Assembly (NCBI GenBank): GCA_046563655.1 | Contig: CM102289.1 | Location: forward strand, 9,548,001 to 9,612,000 | Origin: Yuukianura sp. NJ FZ-2021 | Taxonomy: Eukaryota | Direction: 5' to 3' | DNA: 64,000 nt | Part shown: positions 24,741 through 38,109 of the stretch, in pieces | How the letters are laid out: every line of letters begins with the position of its first letter | How positions within the stretch are numbered: position 1 is the stretch's first letter | Program-made: the position numbers and the translations under genes | The notes under the pieces: generated by a model | The model's database searches: none | The model's input: only the letters and a program-made list of their open reading frames with translations | Told to the model about the DNA's origin: nothing

Positions 24741-26259
24741 ATGAAACGACGCTCGCGCAGAACTTCCACAACTGCCTGGACCATTGTCACTGAAAATCCT
24801 CGCAAGCGACAACGCAAAGATGACAACGAGCAGCATAGGGCCAATAAGAGGCGTCGCAAATGCCTGGAGTGCGTTTGCAACTCACGTCGAGGTCAGATCT
24901 TGACCACGTCCACTCCAACACCAGCACATCTAGACGGAAACTCATCAGTAGTTCGTGACTCGTCACCTCATGTCAACATGTCAGTGTCACGCATTGCACC
25001 GTCCGGAGATGAAGGTGGACACCTTCACTTGACACCTCCAACCACCGACTCATCCCAGGAAATAGTAGTTCCGCCAACACCGTCCTTTGAGAAGAAACGG
25101 ATTGTCTACGTAAGGTACACGTAAACTCAAAACTAAAATTACACAAGTTACATAACTTACATAAACTCTTGGATTTTTCATGTCAGGAGAGTCGAGACTA
25201 AGAAGAGGGGAAATGCTAAAGTCAAAACTTCGTCAAAGGGGAACCCGGACAATCCAGACGCTGGAACGCGCAGGACTGACACTCCCATTCCAAGTCCTGG
25301 CATGCATGACTCCGATACTCCTACTCATGACCCCGACATTCCTAACACTGATACTCCTATTCCTGCACCGGACATTCCTAACACTGATGATACTCCTATT
25401 CCTGCATCGGACATTCCTATCACTGATGCGCCTATGCCTGACCGGGTCACTGTTGCCGATGACACTCCAATTCCTGACCCAAACACTGTTGCCACTGTCA
25501 CTTCAATCACTGACCCGAACACTGTAGCCATTGTTACTCCAATTACTGACCCGAACACTGTTGCCGCCCCAATTCCTGACTCAAACACTTTTGCCGCTCC
25601 AATTCCTGACCCAAACACTGTTGCCGCTAACACTCTACTTCTTGATCCGAACACTGTTGCCACTGTCACTCCGATTCCTAACCCTGACACTGTTGCCGTT
25701 CACACTCCAATTCCTGATCCGAACACTGTTGCCACTCCAATTCCTGACCCAAACACTGTTGCCACTCCGATTCCAAACCCTAACACTGTTGCCATTCAAA
25801 CTCCAATTCCTGATGCAAACACTCTTGTGTCTGCTGCAACGTCAACTTCCAAAAAACGTTCCCGGATATTCTCTTCTATCACTCTAACGCCGACCTTAGA
25901 AATTCCGGTGATGGAAGTGAAGCGATTGGTAATGGAGGTGCTGGCTCAAGTCAATCCGCAGCTTAGAATTCAGTTTGGAGCTATTATGGCACTACATGTA
26001 AGTTAATTGTAAACCATCTCACTGTAAAAACCAAAAAAAAACATTTCCAAATTTTTTTCAAAATTTTCAGGAACTTTGTGAGGAGCACATCACTTTGTGG
26101 TTTTCGGACCTTAACCTTTGCTCACAACATGCTGACCGCTCCACTGTCACGGAGACTGACGTTCTTTTGCGGAAAAATTTAATCCAAGGCGGTAAAAACC
26201 CGTACGCCACTCGTCGCAGTGACCCTGACGACACCGAAAATGACGACTACTACTACTAG
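24741..26259 (+). CDS. Divergent histone H3-fold protein with very long N-terminal tail (~457 aa; exons 24741-25114, 25187-25997, 26071-26259)
   Basis: GT-AG introns with matching phases give one open frame ending LEIPVMEVKRLVMEVLAQVNPQLRIQFGAIMALH|ELCEEHITLWFSDLNLCSQHADRSTVTETDVLLRKNLIQG, which aligns without gaps to H3 [73 protein letters not shown]. Confidence 0.85.
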
Positions 26260-26849
26260 GTCACTACATGCTAACGCTAACTCTTGTGTAAAGTAGATCA
26301 TGCTGTCATCCTGTTAAAAAAACGACGAATTTCGCATGAATGCTACAAAAAATTAGATTTTTCTTTTTTAAGTTTTGTCAACCTTCCGTACTAGAAGTTA
26401 GAACTTTGTTAAATCAAGAGACATGAATTAAAAAGTAGTTTTTGTAAAATATGCTTGTTTTGAAGTCCCTGTAAACTACTGATTTTATTGGTAAATTTTA
26501 TACTCCAGATTACATTTAAAGCAAAAATTGAAATTACCGGTAGATGACAACTTAGTAATTTCAAATTCAGTTTTTTAGTTTAGAGCAATGATAGTTAGGC
26601 AAACACCGATTTGTGATGATGATGTAAATTACAACTGTGAAGACATTTTACAAATTTTGGAAATAGCAGCACACACTTTTGGTAGCATTTTGCTATAATT
26701 ACCTCTCACACTTTCAAGTTTTAAATTATAATGATCCCAGTATAATTTTATAATTTTTTTTTATAATATCAGCCAAACTAAAATTTAACAATGAGCAAAT
26801 GCACCAAACCACGTCGGCCTTTTGGAGTCAAAGGGCGTGTACTATTAAT

Positions 26850-27037
26850 TCCCAGCAAAAATTTGCAGTTTCCAGCAAAAACATCAAGTTTCCAGCAAAA
26901 ACTTCAGGGTTCCAGCAAAATATTGGAAGCCAATTGCGATTGTCAAAGCTTAGCCGAGCAATATTTTAGCTTTCAATACTGCGACAGTATGTGCTGAAAC
27001 AGTACATGCTGCCGCAGTATATACTGCAACAGTACAC
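26850..27037. repeat. Two short minisatellites (~20-bp TTCCAGCAAAA unit x4; ~16-bp CTGNNNCAGTA unit x4)
   Basis: Visible at 26850-26925 and 26975-27037. Confidence 0.7.
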
Positions 27038-27263
27038 GTCCTTTGAACCTCCACCAGCACAAAAAAAGAGAAAAGGAACCGAGGAATGTCATAATACCAA
27101 AGAAACTTAGTATAATAGGGACCAAATTATTTCTTAAACATGGTAAACTGGAAACAAAATTTAAATTGTCCAGATGAGAAACTGTTTACCTCTCTTGTAT
27201 TGGAATCAGAATCAGCACAGTCCAGCATTCATACCACACCGTGGAATAATTAACTCTTGTTCA

Positions 27264-29077
27264 TTACTGATCCTCATCGCCTAGGTTGTGCTTTACTTTA
27301 GAAAAATCAAACTCCTCTCCAGTCCCGCGCTTGAAAATGTCCAGTACATCCAAACAGGTTGTTTCAAAGTGAGTGGTTGCATCATAAGATTCAGAAATGA
27401 ATATTTGAGAGTCAATTCCAGAATCCATGGGTTCATAGTAGTCAGACACACTGATAAACCTGTACAAATTAACATAAATCATTACATTAATTATCAATTT
27501 AAGTAAAGGTGTTTCAGTTGTTAATTACTTTTGCTTGATTGGACCAAGAAGGGCTAAGCCTGGCTGAATTTCTTGCTCGGGGTTGGCCGTTTCCACAGTC
27601 GTAGAGACCATACCGACAAACCACCCTTTCGCAGCGACTTGATGAGTGTTGCTCACCATTGACACATAGATATCTAAAAAATAAGAAATGTTGAAATACT
27701 TGCGAAATACTTGTCCAGCACATGCTGATTCAGGATATCATACCTGATTTGCGATTAACTTGCTTTTGAGGAATAATGATCTGAGTGGAAAGTGCATCCT
27801 TGGTGTTTGGAATAGGATGATCCAAGAGACAAATACAACGGACGACTTGTCCAACCTTCTTCACACGGTTAGGAAGGTAAGATGGATCGCAGTACACCTA
27901 AGTAATTATACATTTTCATTACAAAAACGTCAACAACAAAATTGCCCACAACAAAAATGTCAACAGAAAGTGAATGTTGGTGAAACCCAGACTAGCTTAG
28001 CAGTTTTGGACTGTGACTGTACCTGTTTGCATTTTGCAACTTCATCGCCAGATTTCACTCCAACTACTTTGCCATTGTCGTCCAACACGATTTCATCAAC
28101 TTGTTTGTCCAGCATGTACGTCCCGCCATAAATTGCGCTCAATCTGAATTCAAATAATTGCAATTTACTTTAAAAAAAAGTGACAAAAATGACAAAATTA
28201 CTGCAAAAGTGACGTTTGGATACTTACCTTGCAAATCCTTGAGGAAGTTCTCCCAATCCGTACATTGGATACAAGTAAGGACTCTTTCCATATCGAGCCA
28301 GTGAGTCCGAGTAGAGTCGAATTCTTCTGATTGTCTCCAGTGCTGGTTTCCGAATGTAGTCATCGTCTCGCATCAACGCCAGAGCATGCCCAGTGAAATC
28401 TTGAGTGTTGGCATCCAATCCAAACTTCTCATAAAGTTGCAACACAGTTTGGGTCCTGGGATCAAAATCCTTCCATGTCTTCGGATCGTCTTCCTTGAAC
28501 TCAGCGACGTAGCTCAAAAAGTTCTTGAACCGACGTTTCTCGAAAAGTCCCATCAATTCTAATTAAAAAAAAACAGCCATTAACGTAACCATAGTGCCAA
28601 GTATAACCACCAACGTCATTTGTACTCACCAGAGGTAAGTGCCTCTCGCTCATCAGCTGGAACTTTAGCGATTTTCCCTCCCTTGTAGACATAACTGCCC
28701 TCGACGGACTTGAATTCCAAGTAGCGCGTAACTCCAGTGTGAATGAGCAATTTGACAAGCTGCCCATTAGCCATTAGAAACTTCGGAATCAGATCCACGT
28801 TCCAGTCTCTTCCACGGCCATACATTTGCTCATCGGGCTTCGGGTAATCGAATTTACTAAAAAGATCTTCCAGTGGAGTCATGGATGCAGTTTCTCCGCC
28901 GTAGTACTTGTTTCGATCAATATGCAGAACCTTCTTTCCAGAAACAGACAGCATACCGCTCAGGATACATTCCTAAAGTAACATATTACAACAGTTTAGT
29001 AATTGAATACATTTGACTATGTTCATGAATACCTTCAGTCCAGTTCCAAGAACAATTGCGTCGTATGATTCATCCAT
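27264..29077 (-). CDS. GDI: Rab GDP dissociation inhibitor, multi-exon
   Basis: [103 protein letters not shown]. Confidence 0.97.
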
Positions 29078-31106
29078 CCTGCTCTAAATGCTTGCTTCTA
29101 ACTCAATTACTGTAAAGAAAAAAAACAACGTTCGTATATCGCTTATTCCAGAATACTTAAAACTCCGAACTAAACTTTTAAATTAGAGGATGAACCGGAT
29201 TAACACCGGTAATGGTGGGCGTTAACATTTGGATTAACCCTTAACCGTAACGTAACCCCGAAAATTAATAAGTTAGTGTAACAGTTCAGCACCTTCAAAG
29301 TGACAGGTATGCAACACAAATATGTCGCCAAATTGAACCTGGCAACCAACTGATGATTTATCATCAGACTTTACTTTTACCAACACCGAATGACGGTTAG
29401 CTTTTGAAGTCGCGATAGGATATGACCAGCCTCTGGGTGGAAATTCGGTGATTACAGTTTTATCTCCGCTCGTTAACGGGTCTAGTAACCTTAATTCCAA
29501 ATGATAAGATACCCAAAACAATTAATCACACTTACCTTTAATAACAGCTCTCTCCAAGGAACTAACACAGAAATTGATCTCTTTCTGCCACTTATTAATC
29601 CGTTTCGGCCAACCACCAACCACAGAAGAAGGTTCAACTTGACTTGTCCGTCCGTCCCACCGTTCAGTCAGTCACCTCCGTCTTGTCTTCGTCAAGTGCA
29701 AAGCAAAGCCAAGCAGCTGTCAAAGTCAGTCCTTTTCTTTCACTACTCTTCGCAAAAGATGGCGCCACGACCCTCCCGGCCAAAATCCAACTAGCCGCCG
29801 TTAAATTTTTTACGACTGTGCCGGGTTAACGCCAGTCATCGATTAAAAACGGCTAAACGCAACAGGTTCTAAGGTTTTAGCACATTTTTTTTGGCGCATT
29901 TTGAGCGCAATGCTACCATCATCGTCATCCACACTTCAACGATAGAACAAGTTGTCCATTTGCCCTTTTGGACATAACCTCCAGTGACCTTCTCCATCTT
30001 CTCTCCATGCAATTCTACATTCAATACTCCACAAAAAGCTTCTCAACACTCCCAGTTAATAGAATTAGTCATAGGGCTTTCCAGTGACCGGAAAAGATCA
30101 AGTTTTAAACAATTAGTAATTAAATTATGTTTAGGTTTTAAGGCCGGCAGTAAAGGAAAGGCGTCAAGGCATACCGCGCCGTTATAGTTCTAAACTCTCA
30201 AGATCAATTAAGAGTGCAATGACCTCCAATTGAATGGAAAAGTACTGTGAGGTAGAAGTAGGAAAAGACGAAATTTTGGAACGGGATTTCAGTAACACAC
30301 GAACATTCAATTTTTCATTAGTATAAAAGAGGAAATTTCCAGAGAAGAGGAAACTAGCGATTTGGAAATCGTTGTTTAGGCTGTACCAAAATGACTAACA
30401 ATAGATACGTGTTGAACTTATGACAAACGTTATTTCATCAAGTTTTTTACTCAATCCTGTGCTCTTTTTGAAAAAAAAAAGCCATACATTTCACCAACTC
30501 ATGTCATCATGTGAATGACTCACTCAACACTCCTCAAATGGTAACAGGAACATTTCGTTACAAAGTCGTCTTGTCGGATGTAACTCGACTCTTGTAAAAA
30601 TACTTTCCTCGGAATGCTGGATGCTGCTGAAACACAAGCAATCACTAACAAGATATCAAATGACTTTAACCGTGAAACCAAACGTCACAGAAGTATCCAT
30701 TTTCGTATTACCGTATTTACAAGTAAAATTATTCATACATTTGAACCGTTTGAATTAACCCGATAAACAATTCTCTTGAATTGAATGAATGATGTCAAAT
30801 CGCTTCAATTTTTCTTTCTTGTTCCCTCTGAATACAAGTCAAAACGAACTCCCGGGTTTCTTTTAGAAACCATTTTACTGCGATGAATAAACCAATCTTC
30901 AGTTTCGTTAGTCCGAGAAAAAAGAGAGGTCCTGCCAGAAGGAAAAGCAATAAAAGTGCCAGACAGACATAATCACATAAACCGTTGTTGTCTGGGTCTC
31001 CGTCCCCATTCCAACTCCAATTCAAAAAAAAAACCGCCGCCCTTCTTCTTTTTTCTTCTGCTTTTGAGCAGTACAATGTCAAACCGGATATAAAATGGCG
31101 ATGACT

Positions 31107-31197
31107 TCGTGTTCCACATGGTTTGCACTACAACAGGTGCCGGGAATTTCAAAAATCACCAGAGCACCTGATGAAGTACAATTGACAATGGACACGG
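31107..31197 (-). ncRNA. mir-305: pre-miR-305
   Basis: Minus strand 31182-31160 reads AUUGUACUUCAUCAGGUGCUCUG (mature miR-305-5p); pairing arm CGGCACCUGUUGUAGUGCAAAC at ~31142-31121. Confidence 0.95.
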
Positions 31198-31334
31198 GCA
31201 GTATTCCAGCATCAGCATCATCAGTATCAGCTTCATCAGCACCAGTATCCGCTTCGTCATCAGCAATCAGCTTCAACTCTCGCTAAAACTCACTCGCACC
31301 GCTACAAATATCCGATGAATCAGACGAAAGTGAC

Positions 31335-31410
31335 ATCCACTCCGCGCGCTACTTCAGGTACCTGACTGCTCAAATAGTTCAGCCGAACTACCTGCGTAGT
31401 GCGCAGAGGA
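31335..31410 (-). ncRNA. mir-275: pre-miR-275
   Basis: Minus strand 31365-31343 reads UCAGGUACCUGAAGUAGCGCGCG (mature miR-275-3p); 5p arm CGCACUACGCAGGUAGUUCGGCU at 31403-31381; lies just upstream of miR-305, as in the known cluster. Confidence 0.95.
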
Positions 31411-33584
31411 ATATCAGCAGTATCCGGCGGAATATCAGCAGTATTCGGAGGGTTATCAGCAGTATTACTGGAAAGTCACTGGAGGAAACCGATATTGTGC
31501 AACCTCGGTCACTGGCAGTCCTTTGTGTCAAAGTCGATGAACTTTGGATGTTGGCAAGGTGCCGACGTTGGTTCTGGTACGGTGCTCGTTCCTTTCATTA
31601 CTGTCTACTGTTGTCAAGGAGCAGAGTTGTCTGGTTGGCCATTCTCTCGTCCTCCACGAGTCTCCTGAATGATTATGAATGAACCACCACCTACTAACGA
31701 GCTTTCAGCCTTCTTCCCTGCACAGCTCAGCCTCTGCCCCAAATTCCTCCCTTCATTCAATTCCAAATGGAGAACATCAAGGTGTTGCGGCGACAGCAGC
31801 CACTAACGGTCGTCAACCTAATCAAATTCATCAACAAACAAAAGTTTAATACAAAATTGCTCCAGTTTTTAGCACTCACCCCCCATAGCTCCAAAAAAGA
31901 AGAGCTTCCATTCCAAAATACGTATGAATGACCCCCATAAAATCAGTCCATTCAACTTGTTTTTCCCAGTAAATGTCCATATCTTACCTTTCATTCATTC
32001 TACTATTATCTGCAGAGTTAAATCAATATTTAGGAATCAAATCTACAATTATCACTTTTGAATTGAATTGATGACTGTACTCTTGGAATGACTTTAGAGA
32101 GCAGAGTGAGTGCACCGTTCGACTACAAGTCAGTGACTAGACTTACCAAGTGAGACACAAAGATGATACTGCGCTTAGAACTCCTTCATTTGGATCCCTT
32201 CACACAAAGTGTAGTCTTTGAGCAGCAGTTTAGTCTAGACTCCACTCCTCCACTTCTCAAAACACAACCCACACCAACAACTGCACACTGCACACTGCAA
32301 AATTATGCCTCTACCAGGAGGAGTTGAGTTAGTGCCCAGACGAGACTCCCTTCTAATGCACTCACTCAACGTCGTCGTCTCCTCTCCTCATCCTCCACTT
32401 ACATTTTAAGACTCACATGATGACACCAGCCAAGAATCCAACTCACAAAAAATTATCCTTAACATTCGGAGCCTGAGCTGCATAATAATCACAAGTCACA
32501 ATGAACTGATCACCCTGCAAAAGACAAAAAATAGACAGTTGATCCTTCAAACCAACCAAACCATCCTCATCTCCCACTTCCCAGACAACACTCTGCACTT
32601 TCGCCAAATTCCTCTCCCTCTTACCAGACTCCTCAAAAAGAGCGGAAAAAAATCAACTTAGATTCCTCAAAAAGAGGGGGAACATCCACTCTTTACAGAT
32701 TCTTTCAAAAAAAGAGAGAAAAAAATTAAAGTGTAATTTATAAGCAGGGATGTCAAAAATATTTAGTCTGCATGCCCCTGATTTTAATAAAAAATATTTA
32801 AGGGTTTTTCGTTACTAAATAAATATTTGTGCAATTTTTGAAAAAAAAAAAACATTTTTCATCAATATTTCGGGAGTTTGTGAGTACATATTTTCGACAA
32901 CACTGTTTATAAAAGTGACTCTAATTCAAAAACGTTTAAAAATCGTTACGTTCAACCCGGATTCCCACCTCCATTTCTGAAATCGTCACCTGGAAACGTC
33001 CTGATGACGACATTCACAGAAATGGACACTATGAGTAAGAGGCATCTCCATAAATCACGCCAACTTACTTGAGTCAAACAGTTTCACGCGAACCCAAGAA
33101 ACACGGAAACATTTATGAAGGCACCAGTTCGAATCACGAGATCCGATTTACAGATTGTGAGTTAAATTATGTAAACCAGGAGGAGTGAATTTACGTTGAA
33201 ATTGTTATAAAAAAAATCAAACCGGACTTCTTTTTATCCACGCCAATTATTGGGAAAAAAATGGCACTCACAATTTGATTCTCTGAAATTACCACAAGAC
33301 CACACATCGGAATGACCGAATGAGCCAGAAATAAAATCCGTTGAGGCACTAAAGAAACAAATGCTACTTTTTAGTCACTCTGAGCATTGAATGATTCGTC
33401 TAACGTCCCAACCAACATAACTTCTTGGCCGTTGTGCTACAACATGGAAACCCACAAATCACCGACTTTATCACACCATAGTCATATTTGTATAACTCTC
33501 CTTAATCACTTCTTTGTCTCCTTCCTTTCATTTTCTTATCTCTTGCATTTTTGCACAAAAAAAACCACATTACATTCGTTTAGG

Positions 33585-33650
33585 ATAAGTGCAGCAGGGA
33601 TCGAACCCCAGCCGACTTTTTAGTCAGGCGGTACCTAACACCACCAACCC
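33585..33650 (-). mobile_element. Possible tRNA-derived SINE head or tRNA remnant
   Basis: Minus strand has B-box GGTTCGATCCC and a degenerate A-box; no full cloverleaf. Confidence 0.3.
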
Positions 33651-35199
33651 CCTCCTGGTTTCAAATATTTATTAGCACAAATTCATGCAACAACGGACGA
33701 CAATGATCTAATACTCCATCCCCTCCCCTACCAAGACGAATGCACTTAAAACACTGTAGCCAGTCGGTAGTGAGGTACTTAGTACAAAGGCAAAAGTGTT
33801 ATGCAGTACTTAAAAGGAATGCAGACGGGATGAAACATTTCAACGGATGCAATTCTTAGAAAAGCAGGAGGATCTTCCCCTCGAGATGCTAATTTCAAAG
33901 TCAATTCAGCCCAGAATTTTTTTTTGACTAAATTCGTCATCATCTCCACATTACAAAGTTTTGCTCATAATTTCCAGCTGGTGCATCAGTCTATTCTACC
34001 TACAAACAACTACTGAAGCAACCAACGAACAATATTGCAAATCCTTTGTCTTTTTTGCTGCCCCCAAAGAAACACCTTGTTTCCGTTAAAATTTTCCAAA
34101 AACAATTTTGGTACTACTTGAAATAATTTGGAAAAACGAAACTTTTGAAATTGGGGTAGACAGCCACAGCAGGCATCAATTTAGCACAACCCAATAATCC
34201 TTGTCCCTACTTTGTACTTTTTTACTAAAAAGTGATCCGGATCCTGGAACTCAGCATGACGTCAAACTGACGAACAGAACGCCTGATGACAATGGGGATT
34301 GCATGGAGCGATAGTTCCACCACTTTAATTCGTCATGGCACTGAACTTTTAGGAAGTTGATTCAATCAGACGTCAGCGGGGATAATGAACTACATAACAT
34401 AACCCTAATCTCTAAATCAGCAGTATAATTCTGCCAAGGAGGATAGCATTTCAAATGTTCAGCTCCCTCAAATTAATTTTTACGATGTTTTGCAACGAAT
34501 ATTCTCGAAGCTCTAAATTACTTTCCTCCTAAGAATCTGATTGACGCGCCATTTTATGAAAACCCTATGCACTAAATAGCCTGGAAAGTCCTATGAGACA
34601 GCTCGCTCCAGAATAAATCCATTCTCAAATACTTGTAACAGAAACCTCCGTCACTGTCTGAGAGACGTTGAAGTCAAAGTGTATCCGTTTCTACCCGGGT
34701 AGCATTCTAAACAAAAACTACAACGTAGGGAGGACAAAGTGTAACAGAATGTGAAAGTATTACTTGGCTTCGCTCATAGAATCGTTGCCAGCCTCGAGTG
34801 TTGAAAGTAGGAGCAAAAAATGAACGAAATTCCCCGAAACGGGAGTTCGTTGTCGTCGGGACTTACCAGTCAGTGAACCGGAGCTACACTAGGAGAGTAG
34901 GCTGAGAAAAAAGAAGTTGGTTGTGCAGGTCATGCACACCAGAGCTCCGTCTCTCTTTCTTTCACTTTGTCGCCTTCTTCGTCTCGCCTACTCAATTTCC
35001 CCTCGTCCTAATCCTCCGTCCTTAATCGTTTCTCCTACGTTTTGACCAGTTTTCTGGATTTTTCGTAGATCAGTCGTTCTAACCTTGTAAACTTCTTGAT
35101 TCTTGATCTCCAATCAAATCCTGAACCTTGAAATACACAAAACGAGACATCGTAAAAAAAAGATAGCACGGCGTTAAGTCAGTTAAATATTTCCAGTTA

Positions 35200-36426
35200 C
35201 CGTATTTTCCCTAATAGTACACCCGGTGTACTAATTTTGTTTTCGACTTCTGGGGGTGGTGTATTATTAGGGACCTGGTGTATTATTAGAGACGGTGTAC
35301 TAATTCTTTTTTTAAGAATGAGGATTTTATTCTTAACTTAAAACGTTTAGGAATCAGGAGAAAATAATTTCTAAATTACTAAAAACTACTCCACTTCGTT
35401 TTCGGAAGCTTTCAGAGTTTTTGATTAGTTCAGTTGACAATGAATCCCAGGCAATCTTCACCCATTTAGTCATCAATTTCTTGGATGGAGCCTTAAAAAT
35501 TAAGAATTTATATATATTTATATTTAAAAGAAACCTACGACCGTACAAATTATTAGTTATGAAATACTTTAAAATTCCCTCCTCCTTTTGTATACTCCTT
35601 GTCGGAATCTCCTGCTAGCCAAGAATCGTAAAGTTCGGTAATACGAGCCTTGAAGGGTTTATTCCAGCACAAATCTGGAGCTTGAATATACTTTGTACAT
35701 CCCCCGGGAATGTCCAATTGAGTGCGCCAATGAGTTCATTTTTAGTAGATTTACCGATGTGACATTTGTAAGAATCCCAAGCTAACAAACGATATTTGAA
35801 GGAAAATCGTGTGAACATAGAACCAGTCACAGGTCAGATCATCGTTCATCCAACCATTTGAACTGCTACGAATTACGATCCCAGTTTCCGCCGATCAACC
35901 TTTTGTGTTTGACCTTGGATGATTTCACGTTTGACACTATAAACAAAATACCGTTTCAGTACGAATGTAATTATGAGGAAAAATTATTTTATTCACAATA
36001 ATTAATTACTCACCTAAAGCATTTTCCTTTCTAATCCATGTCCGAATACTCTGTCGATCAATGTTGTATTCTTTAGCAGCTGCAGAAACTGATTTATCTT
36101 TGGCCAATTTCAACACTTTCAATTTGCACTCCAGGTCAAATGATCTTTTTTGTTGGGAGACAGTTTATACGAATTTTAAGTAAAACAATTTGGAGAGAAG
36201 TAACGTGGAGATAAACGCAACAAATGAAGAGCTATAATATTAGCTCAACTAACTTCTCCGGGTGTTATACTCCTAATGCTACATTACCAAAGACCCGGTG
36301 TACTATTAGAGACCTGGTGTACTATTTGGGACGGTGTACTAATTAATTTTTCGACTTCTGGGGGTGGTGTACTATTAGGGACCTGGTGTACTATTTAGGT
36401 ATGGTGTACTATTAGGGAAAATACGG
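35200..36426 (-). mobile_element. Defective pogo-like (Tc1/mariner superfamily) transposon
   Basis: 24-bp TIR CCGTATTTTCCCTAATAGTACACC; TA at 35198-99 and 36427-28; disrupted transposase remnants KRSFDLECKLKVLKLAK (HTH), SSNGWMNDD, LLAWDSYKCH, PGGCTKYIQAPDLCWNKPFKA, WVKIAWDSLS. Confidence 0.92.
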
Positions 36427-37159
36427 TACTCAATTCCTGTGAGGTCTATCTACATATGTTATCCCCTCCTTCCTCAATATGTCAATTCCATTCAAAAGAT
36501 ACGAAATACGAACGTTATTAAAATACAAAGAAACGTTTCTTACCCAAATTCCTAACGAAAGGTGACCGTGACGTCCTAAAGATCTGAATTGTGGCGAGAT
36601 GAAGGGGCAGGAGATTCCCAGTTTTTGAGTTTGTGGAGCGTTGATTCGTAGTGATCTGTGGATGAAGATGAGGGTTGAACGTTGAAGAGAGTGGAGAAGT
36701 GGCAGAGTCTCGAAATAATTTGAGAATGAGGGAGATGTCTGAGAGAGTCGTTGTGTGGAGGATCCTGTGTTGAGAATCCAGACGAGGGCAGTGTTGCCAT
36801 TCCTCCGTCTGTCTCAACCCCTCTCCCCTCCATCCCTGCCGTCTCCCTCCAACCTTCCTCCCCTCAACACACTCAATATCCCAAAAGAGGACATTCACAT
36901 TCCTACCACAACACGCAGGGCCGTATCGAAACCAAAGACTAAGACACGTGGGCCTCTTCAAATATTCTATTAAGTTTATTACAATTAAATTTACTTTAAT
37001 TTTTATTAAATTTATTTTTTTTATGAACTATATATTATTTAAATTTATTGCACGTTGGAGATTAAATAATTATACTCTACGGTTCAATAATTATATCATA
37101 CTCTAAATTTCATATTGGCAAATGGATATGTTTATCTTCGTTTTTTCCAAAAATACTAT

Positions 37160-37388
37160 TAAATTTCTACCTTTTTAAAATTTGGAATTTTCCTTATATT
37201 ATACTCTAAATTTCATACTAAATTTCTAGCTTTTTGAAATTTGGAATTGTCTTTATACTATACTCTAAATTTTATATTAAATTTCTAGCTTTTTGGAATT
37301 TGGAATTTTCCTTATATTATACTCTAAATTTCAAATTAAATTTCTAGCTTTTTGAAATTTGGAATTTTCCTTATATTATACTCTAAAT
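37160..37388. repeat. AT-rich tandem repeat, ~59-bp period, ~4 copies
   Basis: Unit ATACTCTAAATTTCATATTAAATTTCTAGCTTTTTGAAATTTGGAATTTTCCTTATATT recurs. Confidence 0.85.
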
Positions 37389-38109
37389 GGAGTTTTAATC
37401 CTGTCTTTTACTTTTTTTAATTTGATTCTTTTTTTTTATTTAACAGTACCCCCTGCAGGCCTTTAGCCCATGGAGAGGGAGCTCGAGTAGTTGCCTGTCT
37501 CTCACTTCACGTCGCACAAAGGAAAACCGAAGAATAATTAATTTTCAAATTTTTGTATAAACTAATCCTGCATAACTTTGTTTGCGGCCGGCCCTGACCA
37601 AGTGCGAACAAACTGTATTTCACTCAAGGGACGTTAAATTTTTTGTATAAAAAAAAGAACAGTCGGACGCCACCGCCTCTTTCCGTTTTCCCAAATAAAT
37701 GGTGTCCGTCTCTTCAATCACAAATTCACATCTGCCGTGAATTTCAATTGTTTTCTCATGGTTGTTTCATTCATGCCGGTCACTAAATAATCATCTTCAT
37801 AATAACCTTTACGTAAAGTACTAAACTTTTTGAACAATTTGAACTTTTCATAATAACTTTCGAAAATTAAAAATTCCGGTTAGCTTCTGCATAAGCTATA
37901 TCATAGTAAAAACCAAACCAACGACCTACACATGAATCATGTCCGGTTGCAAAAATAATTCGGCTAAAACTTTACACTAACCACCACCCAAACCCTACTT
38001 TGAGGAGTCGAACTCATAACTTGCACTGCAAAACTATGTAGCAGCAATGTTACAAGTTCAATCAACTTGGTCCAAATGAAGGTCACTTTCCCTCCCACCC
38101 TTAACCATA

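Noticed and set aside
25180..25887. Leu/Thr-rich alternative-frame and antisense ORFs
   Set aside because: Shadows of the coding minisatellite; splice phases support the PDPNTVA frame
30248..30268. let-7-like TGAGGTAG
   Set aside because: Seed match only; no mature sequence or hairpin
31079..31682. Short ORFs around the miRNAs, including a 21-bp repeat
   Set aside because: No recognisable protein; they overlap the pre-miRNA hairpins
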